This document shows positions 35,620 through 48,963 of a stretch of DNA of 64,000 nucleotides, one piece after another. The number at the start of each line of letters is the position of its first letter. Position 1 is the stretch's first letter. This stretch comes from Octopus bimaculoides. Taxonomy: Eukaryota. The DNA lies in NCBI RefSeq assembly GCF_001194135.2, contig NC_068992.1, positions 57,893,789-57,957,788 on the forward strand. The letters run 5' to 3'. The notes beneath the pieces were generated by a model. The model saw only the letters and a program-made list of their open reading frames with translations. It was not told the DNA's origin and did no database searches. The position numbers were made by a program, and so were the translations under genes.

Positions 35620-37981
35620 TAATATATGTAAATGTATGTATGTATGTATGAACAAATGCTGTTCATATATGTATGTCTATGTTTGTAACATTTGTGTGTC
35701 TATGTATATATGTTTGTATACATATGTGTATGTGTGTGTATGCATACATGTTTGTATGCATGTGTATGTGTGATTGTATATAGGTGTTTGTGTGTATATT
35801 TGTATCGTGCATGCATGTGTGTTTGTATCTATGTATGAACAAGTGCTGTATGTGTATGTGTATCTCTTCGTGTGAGTGTGTATATGTGTGTATGCATGCT
35901 TATAGGTGTATGTTTGTATGTCCACTTGGCTATGTATACTGCATCTATGTGTCTGTATATATATATATATGTATGTATCTAAACGTGTGTTTGTGTATAT
36001 ATTCTATGTACACCCACATATATACTCATGCTCATATGCACCCCTCTCGCTCACTAACTCGCTCTTCACTTTGGACGACAGAGCTTATTCTAAGCCACAC
36101 AAGTAAGTCTACATCCTACAACTCAGAAACTTATTATAATATGAAACTGCCTTGGCAACAAAGATTGTTTAGATTAGTCTTAAGATGGTGCCAAATTTAG
36201 CCACAGATAAATAGTTAGACAAATTATTGACTGAACAAGATGTTTTTGTCGTAGTTTTAACCTCACCTTTGTAACATTCTTACAAAATATGTTGATATTG
36301 GCATGCAGTTACAACTTTGCCTGTTCATTTAGCTTTTCCTTTTGTGAGCTTACAGAGATTTTAGTTTTCTTATGTAATATAAATTTCCTCTAATCCTTGA
36401 AGGACAATCAAGAGCTGGTGTTTAGCTCTGTTGTTTTTTTTTTTGGGGGGGGGGTAAAAGTTGTAAAAAGGAATGATGAAATTTATTGCAGCATTCTCAG
36501 ATTTCTGGTACTTATTGCTGACAGAGAGACTTGGACTGAGGCAGAATGTAGGATTTAGTAACCTATCAAAAATGTGTAACCCTTTAGCATTCAGATTATT
36601 GCTGCCATAGATATTGCTTATTCATTCACATTGTTTTGAGTTAATCAGGCATTACCTTTTAGCTTTGAAATGTCAATGATGGGATTGTTTATTTTTAGAA
36701 TGACATTGCAGGGTAGGCGTGAGAAGCCTGACCTTGTAAGTTTGAACACAAAACGGGTAGAATATTTGGGCCAATGCTAAAGGGTTAAACAACTACAGCT
36801 TATTTAGACTCATGATCTGTGAATAAGTAGGTGCAGGAGTGGCTGTGTGGTAAGTAGCTCGCTTACCAACCACATGGTTCTGGGTTCAGTCCCACTGCAT
36901 GTCACCTTGGGCAAGTGTCTTCTACTATAGCCTCGGGCTGACCAAAGCCTTGTGAATGGATTTAGTAGACGGAAACTGAAAGAAGCCCGTCGTATATATA
37001 TGTATGTGTGTGTATATGTTTGTGTGTCTGTGTGTCCCCCCAACATTACTTGACAACCAATGGTGGTGTGTTTGCATCCTCGTAACTTAGCAGTTCGGCA
37101 AAAGAGACTGATCTAATAAGTACTAGGCTTATAGTCATTCCTTACCCAAGTGACCTTATTTTATTGCCCATCATTTGTTATGCGCTCATAAATCAGTTTG
37201 ATAGTTGAGCTCTGATTGGCTGTATGCAAATGAGTTCATAACTGGGATCTGGAACTCTTGTGGGAAATAAAATTTCACCCCCAAGTTATATAAACCCCAG
37301 TTGAAAGCCACTGCTTTAGGGGGTCAAAAAAATAATATACCAGTCAAGTAGTAGGGCCAATGTAATCAATTTGTCCCCTCCTCTCAAAATCACTGGCCTT
37401 GTGCCAAAATTAGAAGGGATTATTCTTCTTATTATCATTATCTGCGTGACAAACAATGCAAGTGAATGGAGAAAATGTATGGGCATGAAAATTATCAGCA
37501 GATGTATGCGGTAGAGAGTTGTGTTGATGTATGTTTGTGACATGAATAACAGACTTGAGTGGAGTGAAAAGCATCTATGAATTGTCTAGTGGAAAGCATC
37601 AATACATATGTACTAGCAAGCTCGCTTGCTATGCTGTGCTGGAAGATCAATTACCGAATTGATTTGCTTCTGGTTGATCTGTAAACTGGCAAACGAGGAG
37701 ACACTCAGAAAAATCTGCAGCACACAGATCTACGCATGTGGTTTGTCAAATGTGATTCTCAGAGTATCAACAGAATGACATGTCACCTTTGAGTAAGTAA
37801 ATTAACATCCTAGTGCTGCAGCATGCGTCGTGTGGTTAGTGTGTTTCGTACATTTGACACAGTCCGATGCATCGAGATAAATAAATAATGACACATGGTG
37901 GATGATATAATAGAAGTAATGTAACGCAGAACAGACAATAAAAGAAATTATACATTATATATTTGCTTTAATCACTCGTTG

Positions 37982-38052
37982 AGCAGAGTGGTCAGTGAAA
38001 GCCTGCTGGGCCCATAACTCGGAGGTCTGTAGATAGAAACTAAGCTCTGCAA
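37982..38052 (+). pseudogene. Decayed initiator methionine tRNA (anticodon CAT) copy
   Basis: AGCAGAGTGG.TCAGTGAAAGCCTGCTGGGCCCATAACTCGGAGGTCTGTAGATAGAAACTAAGCTCTGCAA aligns over its whole length to the eukaryotic tRNA-iMet consensus. It has a D-arm deletion, loss of the G18G19 pair, an A1:A72 mismatch and T-arm changes. Confidence 0.85.
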
Positions 38053-38114
38053 ACAAATGGATACAACTTTTGATATTTATACATTGTAACTGAGTTTTCT
38101 ACAAATATACCAAC

Positions 38115-38255
38115 TATGAAGGGATGCTGAAAAGTTCCTGGCTTTAAGGGTATCATGGAAGGCTTGGCTGGAGGCCGACCTGATGAGTTCTTTTAGAGGG
38201 CTTCGTAAAACTGAAGGACCGCTGCAATAAGTGGGTGAATCTGAGAAGGGAATAT
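38115..38255 (+). mobile_element. Internally deleted mariner element or mariner-derived MITE
   Basis: TA-TGAAGGGATGCTGAAAAGTTCC mariner-type terminus, then KLKDRCNKWVNLRREY, resembling the last residues of mariner transposases; interrupted by a family B copy. Confidence 0.6.
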
Positions 38256-38563
38256 CATTATCATCGTTTAATGTCCACTCTCCATGCTGACATGGGTTGG
38301 ACGGTTTGAGATGGAGCTGGCTAGCAAGAGTTGTCCAGACTCCAGTTGTCTGTTGACGTATGGTTTCTACAGCTGGGTGCCCTTCCTAATGCCAACAGAG
38401 TGTACTGGGTGCTTTTCACATGCCGCAACTGATCCTCCTGTATTTTATTTTACCCAGAGCCAGGAACTTTTCAGCACCTCCTCATATATATATATATATA
38501 TATATATATGTACTAGCAAGCTCGCTCTATATATATATATATATATATATTAAACGATATATA

Positions 38564-39316
38564 NNNNNNNNNNNNNNNNNNNNNNNNNNNNNNNNNNNNN
38601 NNNNNNNNNNNNNNNNNNNNNNNNNNNNNNNNNNNNNNNNNNNNNNNNNNNNNNNNNNNNNNNNNNNNNNNNNNNNNNNNNNNNNNNNNNNNNNNNNNNN
38701 NNNNNNNNNNNNNNNNNNNNNNNNNNNNNNNNNNNNNNNNNNNNNNNNNNNNNNNNNNNNNNNNNNNNNNNNNNNNNNNNNNNNNNNNNNNNNNNNNNNN
38801 NNNNNNNNNNNNNNNNNNNNNNNNNNNNNNNNNNNNNNNNNNNNNNNNNNNNNNNNNNNNNNNNNNNNNNNNNNNNNNNNNNNNNNNNNNNNNNNNNNNN
38901 NNNNNNNNNNNNNNNNNNNNNNNNNNNNNNNNNNNNNNNNNNNNNNNNNNNNNNNNNNNNNNNNNNNNNNNNNNNNNNNNNNNNNNNNNNNNNNNNNNNN
39001 NNNNNNNNNNNNNNNNNNNNNNNNNNNNNNNNNNNNNNNNNNNNNNNNNNNNNNNNNNNNNNNNNNNNNNNNNNNNNNNNNNNNNNNNNNNNNNNNNNNN
39101 NNNNNNNNNNNNNNNNNNNNNNNNNNNNNNNNNNNNNNNNNNNNNNNNNNNNNNNNNNNNNNNNNNNNNNNNNNNNNNNNNNNNNNNNNNNNNNNNNNNN
39201 NNNNNNNNNNNNNNNNNNNNNNNNNNNNNNNNNNNNNNNNNNNNNNNNNNNNNNNNNNNNNNNNNNNNNNNNNNNNNNNNNNNNNNNNNNNNNNNNNNNN
39301 NNNNNNNNNNNNNNNN
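38564..39316. other. Assembly gap (largest); other gaps at 2413-3157, 5170-5537, 33280-33338, 34909-35054, 56343-56616 and three 10-N gaps
   Basis: Runs of N, several bounded by (TA)n on both sides. Confidence 1.
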
Positions 39317-39352
<36 letters not shown>

Positions 39353-41166
39353 GATATACGTACAGAGGTAGGCATAAATTATATTATGCAATAGAAACTT
39401 ATGCAGGATCAACAGGTCACCAACTGAAAGGAGTACACCATAATTTATGAAGCGTGGTGGGCAGAGACAATAGTAATGGAACTTTTTGCTTATTAGGTAG
39501 GATAGGCAAAGAAGTATTTGAAGAAGGCCTGCGAAACACATTGTGTCTTAGTATCTTACTGGTGCGTGATCAGTATATGCAAAAGGTTGCTTGATTGCAA
39601 ACCTGTTCAACTTATTGTTGTTGTTGTCATCATCGTTGTCATCATCATCCTCCTCATTTAATGTCCATTTTTCCATGCTTGCTTGGAACAGATGAAATTT
39701 ACTGAGGCAGATTTTCCACTGCCAGATGCCTTTCCTGTTGCCAACCATTGCCTATCACTACAAAAAGATTAATATTTCCCTATTTCTATACATTGGAAAC
39801 AAACAGCTTCACTTATATGACAATGATGCTTATTTGCTTATATGACAATGATGCTTATATGCAACCACTGCATCAGGGAACGCATAGACACACACGTGTA
39901 TATATATATATATATATCTTCTTTTATTCTTTTACTTGTTTCAATTAATTCACTGCGGCCATGCTGGAGCACCGCCCTAAAGGGTTTTAGTTGAACAAAT
40001 CAACCCCTGGACTTTTTTTTTAACCCTAGTACTTATTCTATCAGTGTTTTTGCCAAACTGTTAAGTTACAGGGATGTAAACGCACCAACATCAGTTGTCA
40101 AGCAATGGTGGGTGTGAGTAGACAAACACAGACACAAAAACACACACACATAAATACACCCACACATATATGATGGGTTTCTTTCAGTTTCCGTCTACCA
40201 AATTCACTCACAAGGTTTTGGTCGGCCCGAGCCTATAGTAGAAAACACTTGGCCAAGGTGTCATGCAGTGGGACTGAACCTGGAACCATGTTGTTGGGAA
40301 GCAAGCTTCTTACCATACAGCCATATTATATGATGGGTTTCTTTCAGTTTCCATCTACTAAATCGACTCACAAGGCTTTGGGCAACCTGAGGCTAAAGTA
40401 AAAAAAGCACTTCCCTAAGGCACTGTGCAGTGGGACTTGAAGTATGAAAGAAAAAATAGACATGAATCAAATGATATGAGACAGGTAGCAGATAATCTAA
40501 GAATGTTGCACCTTATATGGTACCACTTTAGCAAAATTCCGCTAAGAATCTTTTGGGAATGTTACACCCTACACAGTACCATTTCTGGCAGTGCTGTCAG
40601 TAATAGGTAAGAGATCATCTGGGAATGCTACCGCCTTATATGGTACCAGTAAAGCCAATGCTGTCAGGAATAATTAATTAGCTGGTCATGTTGGAAAGTA
40701 ACAGCTAAGAGAGATTGGCATCCTATCAAGGGGTGGAGAGAAAGAGAGAGAGAGAGAGAGAGTGTGAGAGGGGCTTTATCTTTTCATCTTGATGTTGTGC
40801 AATCAGCTATTTACTCGCTCCTTGAAAGGTCCTTGGGACTTTGGAGGAGGTCTTTAAATTTTATCGTTACCATGGACAAATGACTGTAACAACAACTACA
40901 ACGACAGCAACAAATATTTACAGTATTGAAACCATCAGTATAAACATTTCCATCTGTTTAGTTTTTTCTTTGTGTTTTTTCAATTTTTTAAAAAAGAATA
41001 AAAATAGCAAAAGAATAAAAACAGATAAGGGTAATTCTTTTTTAGTTCTTTTTTTTTTTTAATTTTAATTGCAGCCAATTAGGGGAGTGATTTTCGCTCA
41101 CATTACCTCCACTTTAGAATATTTATCTCTAATTAACTAAACAATTTTTTGTTTGTTTGTTTACTT

Positions 41167-41199
<33 letters not shown>

Positions 41200-41439
41200 G
41201 TAATTAGAAAGAAAAACATCTTCAATTATCCTGAGTCATTCAATGTAATACTCTTACTTATTAGGAACAAAATAATTTATATAATTGTTATCATCTGTCA
41301 GTATTGAATAAAAGTAACCAAAAAAAAGGAAAAGAAATTTTTTTAAAGTTGCAAATCTTTGTGTGTGAGTGTATATTAATGTTGTTAGACTTTTTTTTTT
41401 CATTTATACCATTGTGTACACACTAAACATAGACCCATA

Positions 41440-41665
41440 GACATTGCCACCACCACAAGCAGCATCAATAACAACAGGATTACTACCAGCATTTTTATTG
41501 AAGTCATCAGCATCATCATCACCATCATCAGCACTACTACCATCACCATCATCACCTCCACCATCATTCCCACCATCACCATCATCACCATCATCATCAC
41601 CACCACCTCCGTCACCACCACCACCTCTATCACTACCTCCATCACCACCACCATCATCATGATCA
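41440..41665. repeat. (CAT/CAC)n low-complexity tract
   Basis: Direct reading; a similar tract lies at about 63720-63970. Confidence 0.9.
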
Positions 41666-43179
41666 TCTACATTGTCATTATTATTTGCCGTTTATGTTAA
41701 CCCACTGCAGAGCAATATTTGACATTCTCACATTTCTCATAATTTCAAGTAACAATCCAATGAGATTTGAAGTCAATGTAACGAACACTAACAAATAATT
41801 AATATATAGATGCAGATGGCATTGCTGTCTGGGCAAGAAGTTAGCTGTGCAACCACGTATGATCCAGCTGTTTAGTACCTTAGGCAAGTGTCGTGTACAG
41901 GTGCCTCAACTCGACCATCTTTTACAAGTGGAATATGATGGTGTGAAATTTACACGAGCCTGTCGTGTGTGTGTGAGAGCGTGTGGATTTGGATGGCGTT
42001 GTGTATGCTGATATAAAATGGTGCATCTGGTTGTATCACTAATGCATCTGAAGGTATATAAATAATTTGATAAATAGGGGTCGATAAGCTAAATTTCAGA
42101 CTGACATGAATAAAGGTGGTGTCCTAGCATGGCTGCAGATCTGCCAAAATCAGTAAAAGAAAGTGAGGGTATGTGTGTGTGTGTACATAGATATAACTAG
42201 ATATATGTATATCTGGCTATCTATTCTACACACACACATGCACACACACACATGCACACACACACACACACATGCACACACACACACACACACACACATA
42301 TATAATAGGCATAAATGCATTGCAGACTTGGAAAATGCCTTTTTCTGTAAAGAGCTCTTGCAAATTGCTCAGTGAAGATTAATAAAATTCAGATTTGGAG
42401 CTATGATATAATATTATTTAAAGATGGCCTAATCAACATGCACTTGAAAATAGCGACAAGTTATATAGGCACAGACATGGCCGTGTGGTTAAGAAACTCA
42501 CTCAGCTATCACATGGTTTCGGTTGCAGTCTCACTGCGCTCCACATTGGGTACTGTCTTCCATAACCTTGAGCCAGATTTACTTTTCATCAGCTCTGGGG
42601 GTCAATAAAATATCGTACCAGTCAAGTACTAAGGTTGTTGGTATTGATTAAATTCCTCTCCTCCAAATTGCTGGCTTTATGCCTAAATTAGAAATGATAA
42701 TCAGTATTATTTTGGAGAAAAAAACATTATATAAACAGTATTAAAAAGTACTTTATAATTACAAATCTACTTGGCAATTTTCCCCTAAATGGACTAACTT
42801 GTTCAAGTATGAAAATAACTTTCAGCTTACTGCATCTTTTCAAAAGTTAGAACTGTTGGAGGAGAAGAAGTATAACCAATAGCATATTGATTTTACCATT
42901 GTCTGGACATTATTGTTATCGGCAGCAGAGATTGACAAATGCTTGTGACATCACTGTGTTTGCTTACTAATTTAATAAATTACTTTGGAAAGAAAATGGT
43001 GGTGGTGACAGTGATGGCATTGGCAGTTTCTAATTTGCCACAGGGGTGTCGGGTGAAGGTTACAGCTGATAGCTTCAATAATTCTTCCTGGTTTAGGAAT
43101 AAAGCTAGCGATTTTGAAGGGAGGGTATTTTGTTGATATCATCAACCTCAGTACATTAATTGACTCTGAATGGATAAAG

Positions 43180-43530
43180 TCCAGTCCTTGTTGTGATGAT
43201 TTGTGTGTATCACCAGCAGAACTCCACAAGCTCCTTGTAGAGTCTCCCATGTTAGGGAGGTCGAAGGATAAAGGCCAGATTAATATTGACCTCCTGTTCT
43301 CAGGGGTAAAAATGGGTTTGCAGAGGGCTAACACTCCTACCTAGAAAAAATGCAAAGTTACAGAAGAAGCTTTAATGACAATTCTAACCCAACAAGATGG
43401 GAGAGGTAGGCCTTCCCTCAGGGAAACATGTCTGGACTGGAACCCACAAGGGAGGTGGAAGAGAGGACACTCTAAAAATAGCTGGAAGTGAGATGTTGAG
43501 GCAGATCTGAAAAAGCAGAGTTGAAACTGG
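43180..43530 (+). mobile_element. Old RTE-like remnant
   Basis: GGGTTTGCAGAGGGCTAACACTCCTACCTAGAAAA resembles RTE 5' UTRs; then CLDWNPQGRWKRGHSKNSWK*DVEADLKK resembles the RTE C-terminus. Confidence 0.45.
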
Positions 43531-44823
43531 AAAGAAGCAGAAAAGGCATAAGTGTTGAGAAGAGTGGAGAAAAGTCATCAATGGCGTAAACTTTGTAGAG
43601 ATTGTAGGGCTTAAGTGAATGAAAGTGAAAGGTATTTCTGACTTCAGTTGGATCTGAGCTTAGGTCAAGCTTAGTAAAATCACTGTCTTCCACACATACA
43701 GGTTTGTCCTTTCAGGTGCTGGTACCACATAAAAAGCACCTGTGTTGGTGTTGCATTAACGCACTTGTGCCAGTGTTGCATAAATGCACCTGTAATGGTG
43801 CTGCGTAAATGCACCTGTACCAGTGGCGCATAAAGAAGCATCCAACACACTCTGTTAAGTGGTTGGCATTAGGAAGGGTATCTGGCCATAGAAACCATGC
43901 CACAACAGACAATTGGAGTCTGGATAGCTCCCTGCTTGCCAGCTCCATGTCAAACTGTCCAACTCATGCCAGCATGGAAAGCAGATGTTAAACGGTGATG
44001 ATGATGATGTAAAGAACCAGAAGAAATATTGTAAAACAGTTTATCTGATTCCAATGATTTGGTCAATCCAATATTCTAATAATGGTTTGCTTATTGCCTT
44101 TTTTTAAATTTAGCCACAAGATCAATGATTTTGAGAAAGGTTGGGGGGTTAGTTCACACCATAGACTCCAGCACTTGACCGGACTTGTACTTTATTTTAA
44201 AGAATCTCGGCGAGTGGATAAGCAAAACTGACCTCAGTAGGATATGAACTCAGAACATAAAGAGCCAAAAGATATACTGCAAAGCATTTTTCTGGAATTC
44301 TAATGATTCTACCAGCTCATGGAGACCCTCCCTCCTTCTCTCTCTCTCTCTCTCCCTGTCTCCATCTCTCCATCACTCTCTCTACATCTCTCTCTTTCTA
44401 TCACTCTCTCACTTGTTCTATCATTGTCTCACTCGCTCTCTTTCATTCCCACTGCCCTTATCTCCCTCGTACATACACTCACACACGCACATGCTCGCTG
44501 TTTATTTTGTGATTTGTATAAAATCATATATAATGTAGTTTGTTGTTGATGCAGTTAATTTTTTCCCTTTTCTTTTCCTCTGTATTTTTTTTTTTTTGCC
44601 TGTTTTCATTACTGCTGCTGTTGTTGTTTTTGTATGTAATGTGTTTGTTCTTATTGTCTTCTATTTTTACCTGGGTGACTGAACTTTCTACTTAGCAGCC
44701 ATATTCAAAGACCTGCTTCATTGCGTTTTAAATAGAGTTGAATAGAATACTGACATGCACACACACACACATTTTTATATGTGAGTATTCATTATAAGCA
44801 TATGGTTGTATGTATGTGTATAC

Positions 44824-44871
<48 letters not shown>

Positions 44872-46034
44872 ATGTATGTATATACATATATAGGAAAATG
44901 AAGAATAAGGCAGAATGCTAAATTGGAAGTATGTTTTAATAAAGATTTCTAACCAGCTTTCATTGCGAAGCAAATTTTCAAGAAGGAGAATGAAAAATAA
45001 GGATGCATGAGAATTGAGAGTTGTGGTAGGTTTAAAAAAAGGTTAAAAGTTTGTGTTAAGCAGGAAGTGTGGTGTTAAAACAGGAAGTGTGTGTAAGGTG
45101 AGACAAATGTTTTTAGTTGGAGTTATGAACTCTTTTTCAACAGGAAGTTTATGTCTGTTCCTAGAACATTTGTCTCCCCTTACACACACTTCCTGTTTTG
45201 ACACCACACACACACACAAACAGTTATTAATGAGGAATTATCAATCCTGGCAAAATACTCTATAAGCTCTCTGTAAATACAAGTACACTGGGTAACAAAA
45301 GTTTTTTTTAGATTAGTGAAGAACTCTGTGTATGCTTATGGCAGGGTCCAAGGTTCTAGTTTCATTCTATGATATATCGTAAATCCATGGTTGCATTCCC
45401 AGTTAAACTAGTCTTTTACACAAAGTGATATACAAAACAAGGTATAAATAATGGTCTTTACATAGTATTTCAGTCTTGCAAATTCGACTTACAGCTGTTT
45501 CCCATACTCATTGTGGGTTCATTCATTGATCTGTTTACTCAATCAGCCCATTGATCAGTTGAGAGAAATTGAATGACCGACAAAGATAGCATTAGTTTTT
45601 TTAAGGTCATATATTTATATGCATACACACACACACACACTCACATATATATATATATATACATACATATATATGTATACTTATATACATATATATAGAT
45701 ATATAGATATATACACATATATATATATCTATCTACGTATATATATAACACACACACATATATAAAGTTATATATGTATATATGTGTACACACATACACA
45801 CACGCATTATATATATGTATATATATATCACAATGAATGACATTCCATCTGGTTGCTGTTGATCTCATTGCTCTGCTTTGTTTATTGTGGCATGGTACCA
45901 AACCTAATTCCATTGCTATTGCCATATCATTTAAAAGCATTGATTTTTCTCTGCTTCCCTATCTTTGTACTTCTGTGAATTAGTAATGCATCCCTGATCA
46001 CAGAATTGCTTTTATGAATTGAGGTGAGTGGTAG

Positions 46035-46065
<31 letters not shown>

Positions 46066-47509
46066 GTTGATGTTGTTGTTGTAGTACTCTGTACACCTGG
46101 CCGTTGGTATTTAGAGTTGTTTTTTGGCTTTATCAGTTATTCCTGAGAGAGAGTGAGAGTGCATGTGTGCGTGAGCGTATGTGCACGCACATATGTATAT
46201 ATGAATGTATGATGTGTGTATATATTAGAACAATTTGTATATGTGTGTGTTTGTGTGTATATATTGGAATAGTTTTGGGTGAAGCATTGTGTGATATTAA
46301 ATTAGATAATAAAAACTCGTTAAGGCTGCAACAATGCAAAATGAACTACAAAAGTGAAAAAAGGACAACAGGTGAAGGTTTACCTTATATTTTCTATTTT
46401 TATTGATATTTCAAGTTTAGGACTTCTCCAGCAGGATACATGGAGAAATGGGAGATGGAATAACACTATTCTCATTGCTTAGATGTGTGGGAGAGAGTAG
46501 TGGCCTGCACAGACTGGTGTTGTTATTGTAGCCAGTTACTTTGTGTAGTTTTTGTGTATTGTATAATGTGGGTTTCATCTTATTAATTTGGATTTAAAAA
46601 AAAAGGATCAAAGGACTTTCCCTAGTCATAGCCTCATAAGGCCTGTTTCCCAAATTTTGTGGCATATATATTCCCTCCCGGGACTGGAGCAACATGAAAT
46701 GAAGTGTTTTGCTCAAGAGCACAATGCATCACCTGGTCCAGGAATTGAAACCAGAATCTTACAAACTTGAGTGCAGCATCTTAACTACTAATTCACAGCT
46801 TCCACATTAATTAGGATAGCCTCATTAGTTCAAAGGCTACCTGTGTTGCATTCCATGGCTTTGATGGATACGATAAAGCCCCAAGTCTGCCACTTCAGCA
46901 GGTGATTTGGCTGAAAGTTACTAGAGTGATCCAAGGGCCATGAAATTCATACATGTCACTTATCATAGTGTTAGTTTAATCTGTGTCAAGCATGAAATTC
47001 TTGGCCCTTGAACTACTTTTTCAACTTATTGCCAATTAATACATAAAAAGTATATATACTCACATACTCATGTTCTCTTTCTCTCCTGAGACTGAACCTA
47101 AAACCACATGTTGGGATACAAACCTCTTAACCACACAGCCATGCATCTTCCTGTGTGTGTGTGTGTGTGTGTGTAAATGTGCAGATGTATGCATCTATGT
47201 GTATATGTGTTTGTTCAGATATACATGTATATGTCTATATATAAGTATGTATAAATATCAAAAGAATCAAAGATCCTTCTCAAGCCATAGGCTCATGAAG
47301 GCAATTTCCCATATTTTGTGGCTTATATATTCCCTAACCCCTGGACAGAACACCAGTCTTTCACAGAGTTATTCATTTTTGCCTGCTAAGTGGACTGGAG
47401 CAACCTGAAATAGGGGGTTTTGCCCAAGAGTACAATGCATCACCTGGTCCAGGAATTGAAACCACAATCTTACGATTGTGAGTATGACACCCAAACCAAG
47501 CCATGTGCC

Positions 47510-47558
<49 letters not shown>

Positions 47559-48237
47559 GCACACACACTCACTCAGTCACAGAACAATATTAAAAAATGT
47601 ACTTGAAATACAAAATATGAGCACCAATTAAAAATGAAGTCATTACTTCTGGTTTCAGGTTACCTCTTTCCAATATGAGATAAGGATATTATAAACTTTA
47701 TGCACAAGTTTGTGTAATTATAGAGCAGTTTGAAGCTTATAAATACTTGGAATTGTAAGATTTAGAATTCATGTCATGTAAAATATTTCAAATGTGACAG
47801 TTGACAAGGTAACTGTCGAGATACAGGTGCACGTGTGACTGTGTGGTAAGAAGCTTGCTTCCCAACCACATGGTTCCAGGTTCAGTCCCACTGCATGTCA
47901 CCTTGGGCAAGTGTCTTCTACTATAACCGTGGGCCAACCAAAGCCTTGTGAGTGAATTTGGTCGACAGAAGCTGAAAGAAGCCTGTCGTATATGTATGTA
48001 TGTGCTTGTGTATCTGTGTTTATCCCCCACCGCCATCATCTCTTGACGACCGATATTGGTGTTACTATATCCCTGTAACTTAGTGGTTCAGCCTAAGAGA
48101 CTGATAGAATAAGTACAAGGCTTACAAAGAATAGGTCTCGGGGTCGACTTCTTCGCACTGAAAAACCCTTTAAGGTGGTGCTCCAGCATGGCCGCAGTGA
48201 AATGACTGAAGCAAGGAAAAGAATAAAAGAATATGTA

Positions 48238-48363
48238 GGAGAGAGTGAGAGAGATGGACAGGAGAGAGTGAGAGAGATGGACAGGAGAGAGTGAGAGAGA
48301 TGGACAGGAGAGAGTGAGAGAGATGGACAGGAGAGAGTGAGAGAGATGGACAGGATAGAGTGA
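48238..48363. repeat. Minisatellite, 23-bp unit GGAGAGAGTGAGAGAGATGGACA x about 5.5
   Basis: Units at 48238, 48261, 48284, 48307 and 48330, partial at 48353; directly after a SINE A tail. Confidence 0.95.
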
Positions 48364-48702
48364 AGAAGTATGATGATGGCATCTTGGAATTATAACTGCT
48401 GGTGTTTTTTTAAAAAAATTTTTTATTGAGCATGGCGGAAAGAACAGTGTCAATGAACTTAGCAGACTAGTGCGCTTGATGCTGTTAATTTTCCATTGAA
48501 ACTGGTGCAGATCAATAGCTGCAGGGAAGAGATTCCAGAGTCAGATGATGATCCAGGAGAGGAAAGATTCTTGATTTTTTTAAGATAAGCTTACCAAATC
48601 CTTGCCTGATGGAGGATTCAACTAAAAGGGTGGGTGTCAAGAAGACCAACCATCCAACCATCCATCCATCCCCAAAACACTATACTCTCTTTTTTTTTTA
48701 AT

Positions 48703-48910
48703 CTCTTTTACTTGTTTCAGTCGTTTGACTGCGGCCATGCTGGAGCACCGCCTTTAGTTGAGCAAATCGACCCCAGGACTTATTCTTTGTAAGCCTAGTA
48801 CTTATTCTATTGTTCTCTTTTTGCCGAACTGCTAAGTTACGGGGACGTAAACACACCAGCATCGGTTGTCAAGCGATGGTGGGGGGACAAACACAGACAC
48901 ACAAACATAT

Positions 48911-48963
<53 letters not shown>

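Noticed and set aside
36829-36900. SINE heads that look like tRNA genes
   Set aside because: No complete cloverleaf; they run straight into SINE bodies.
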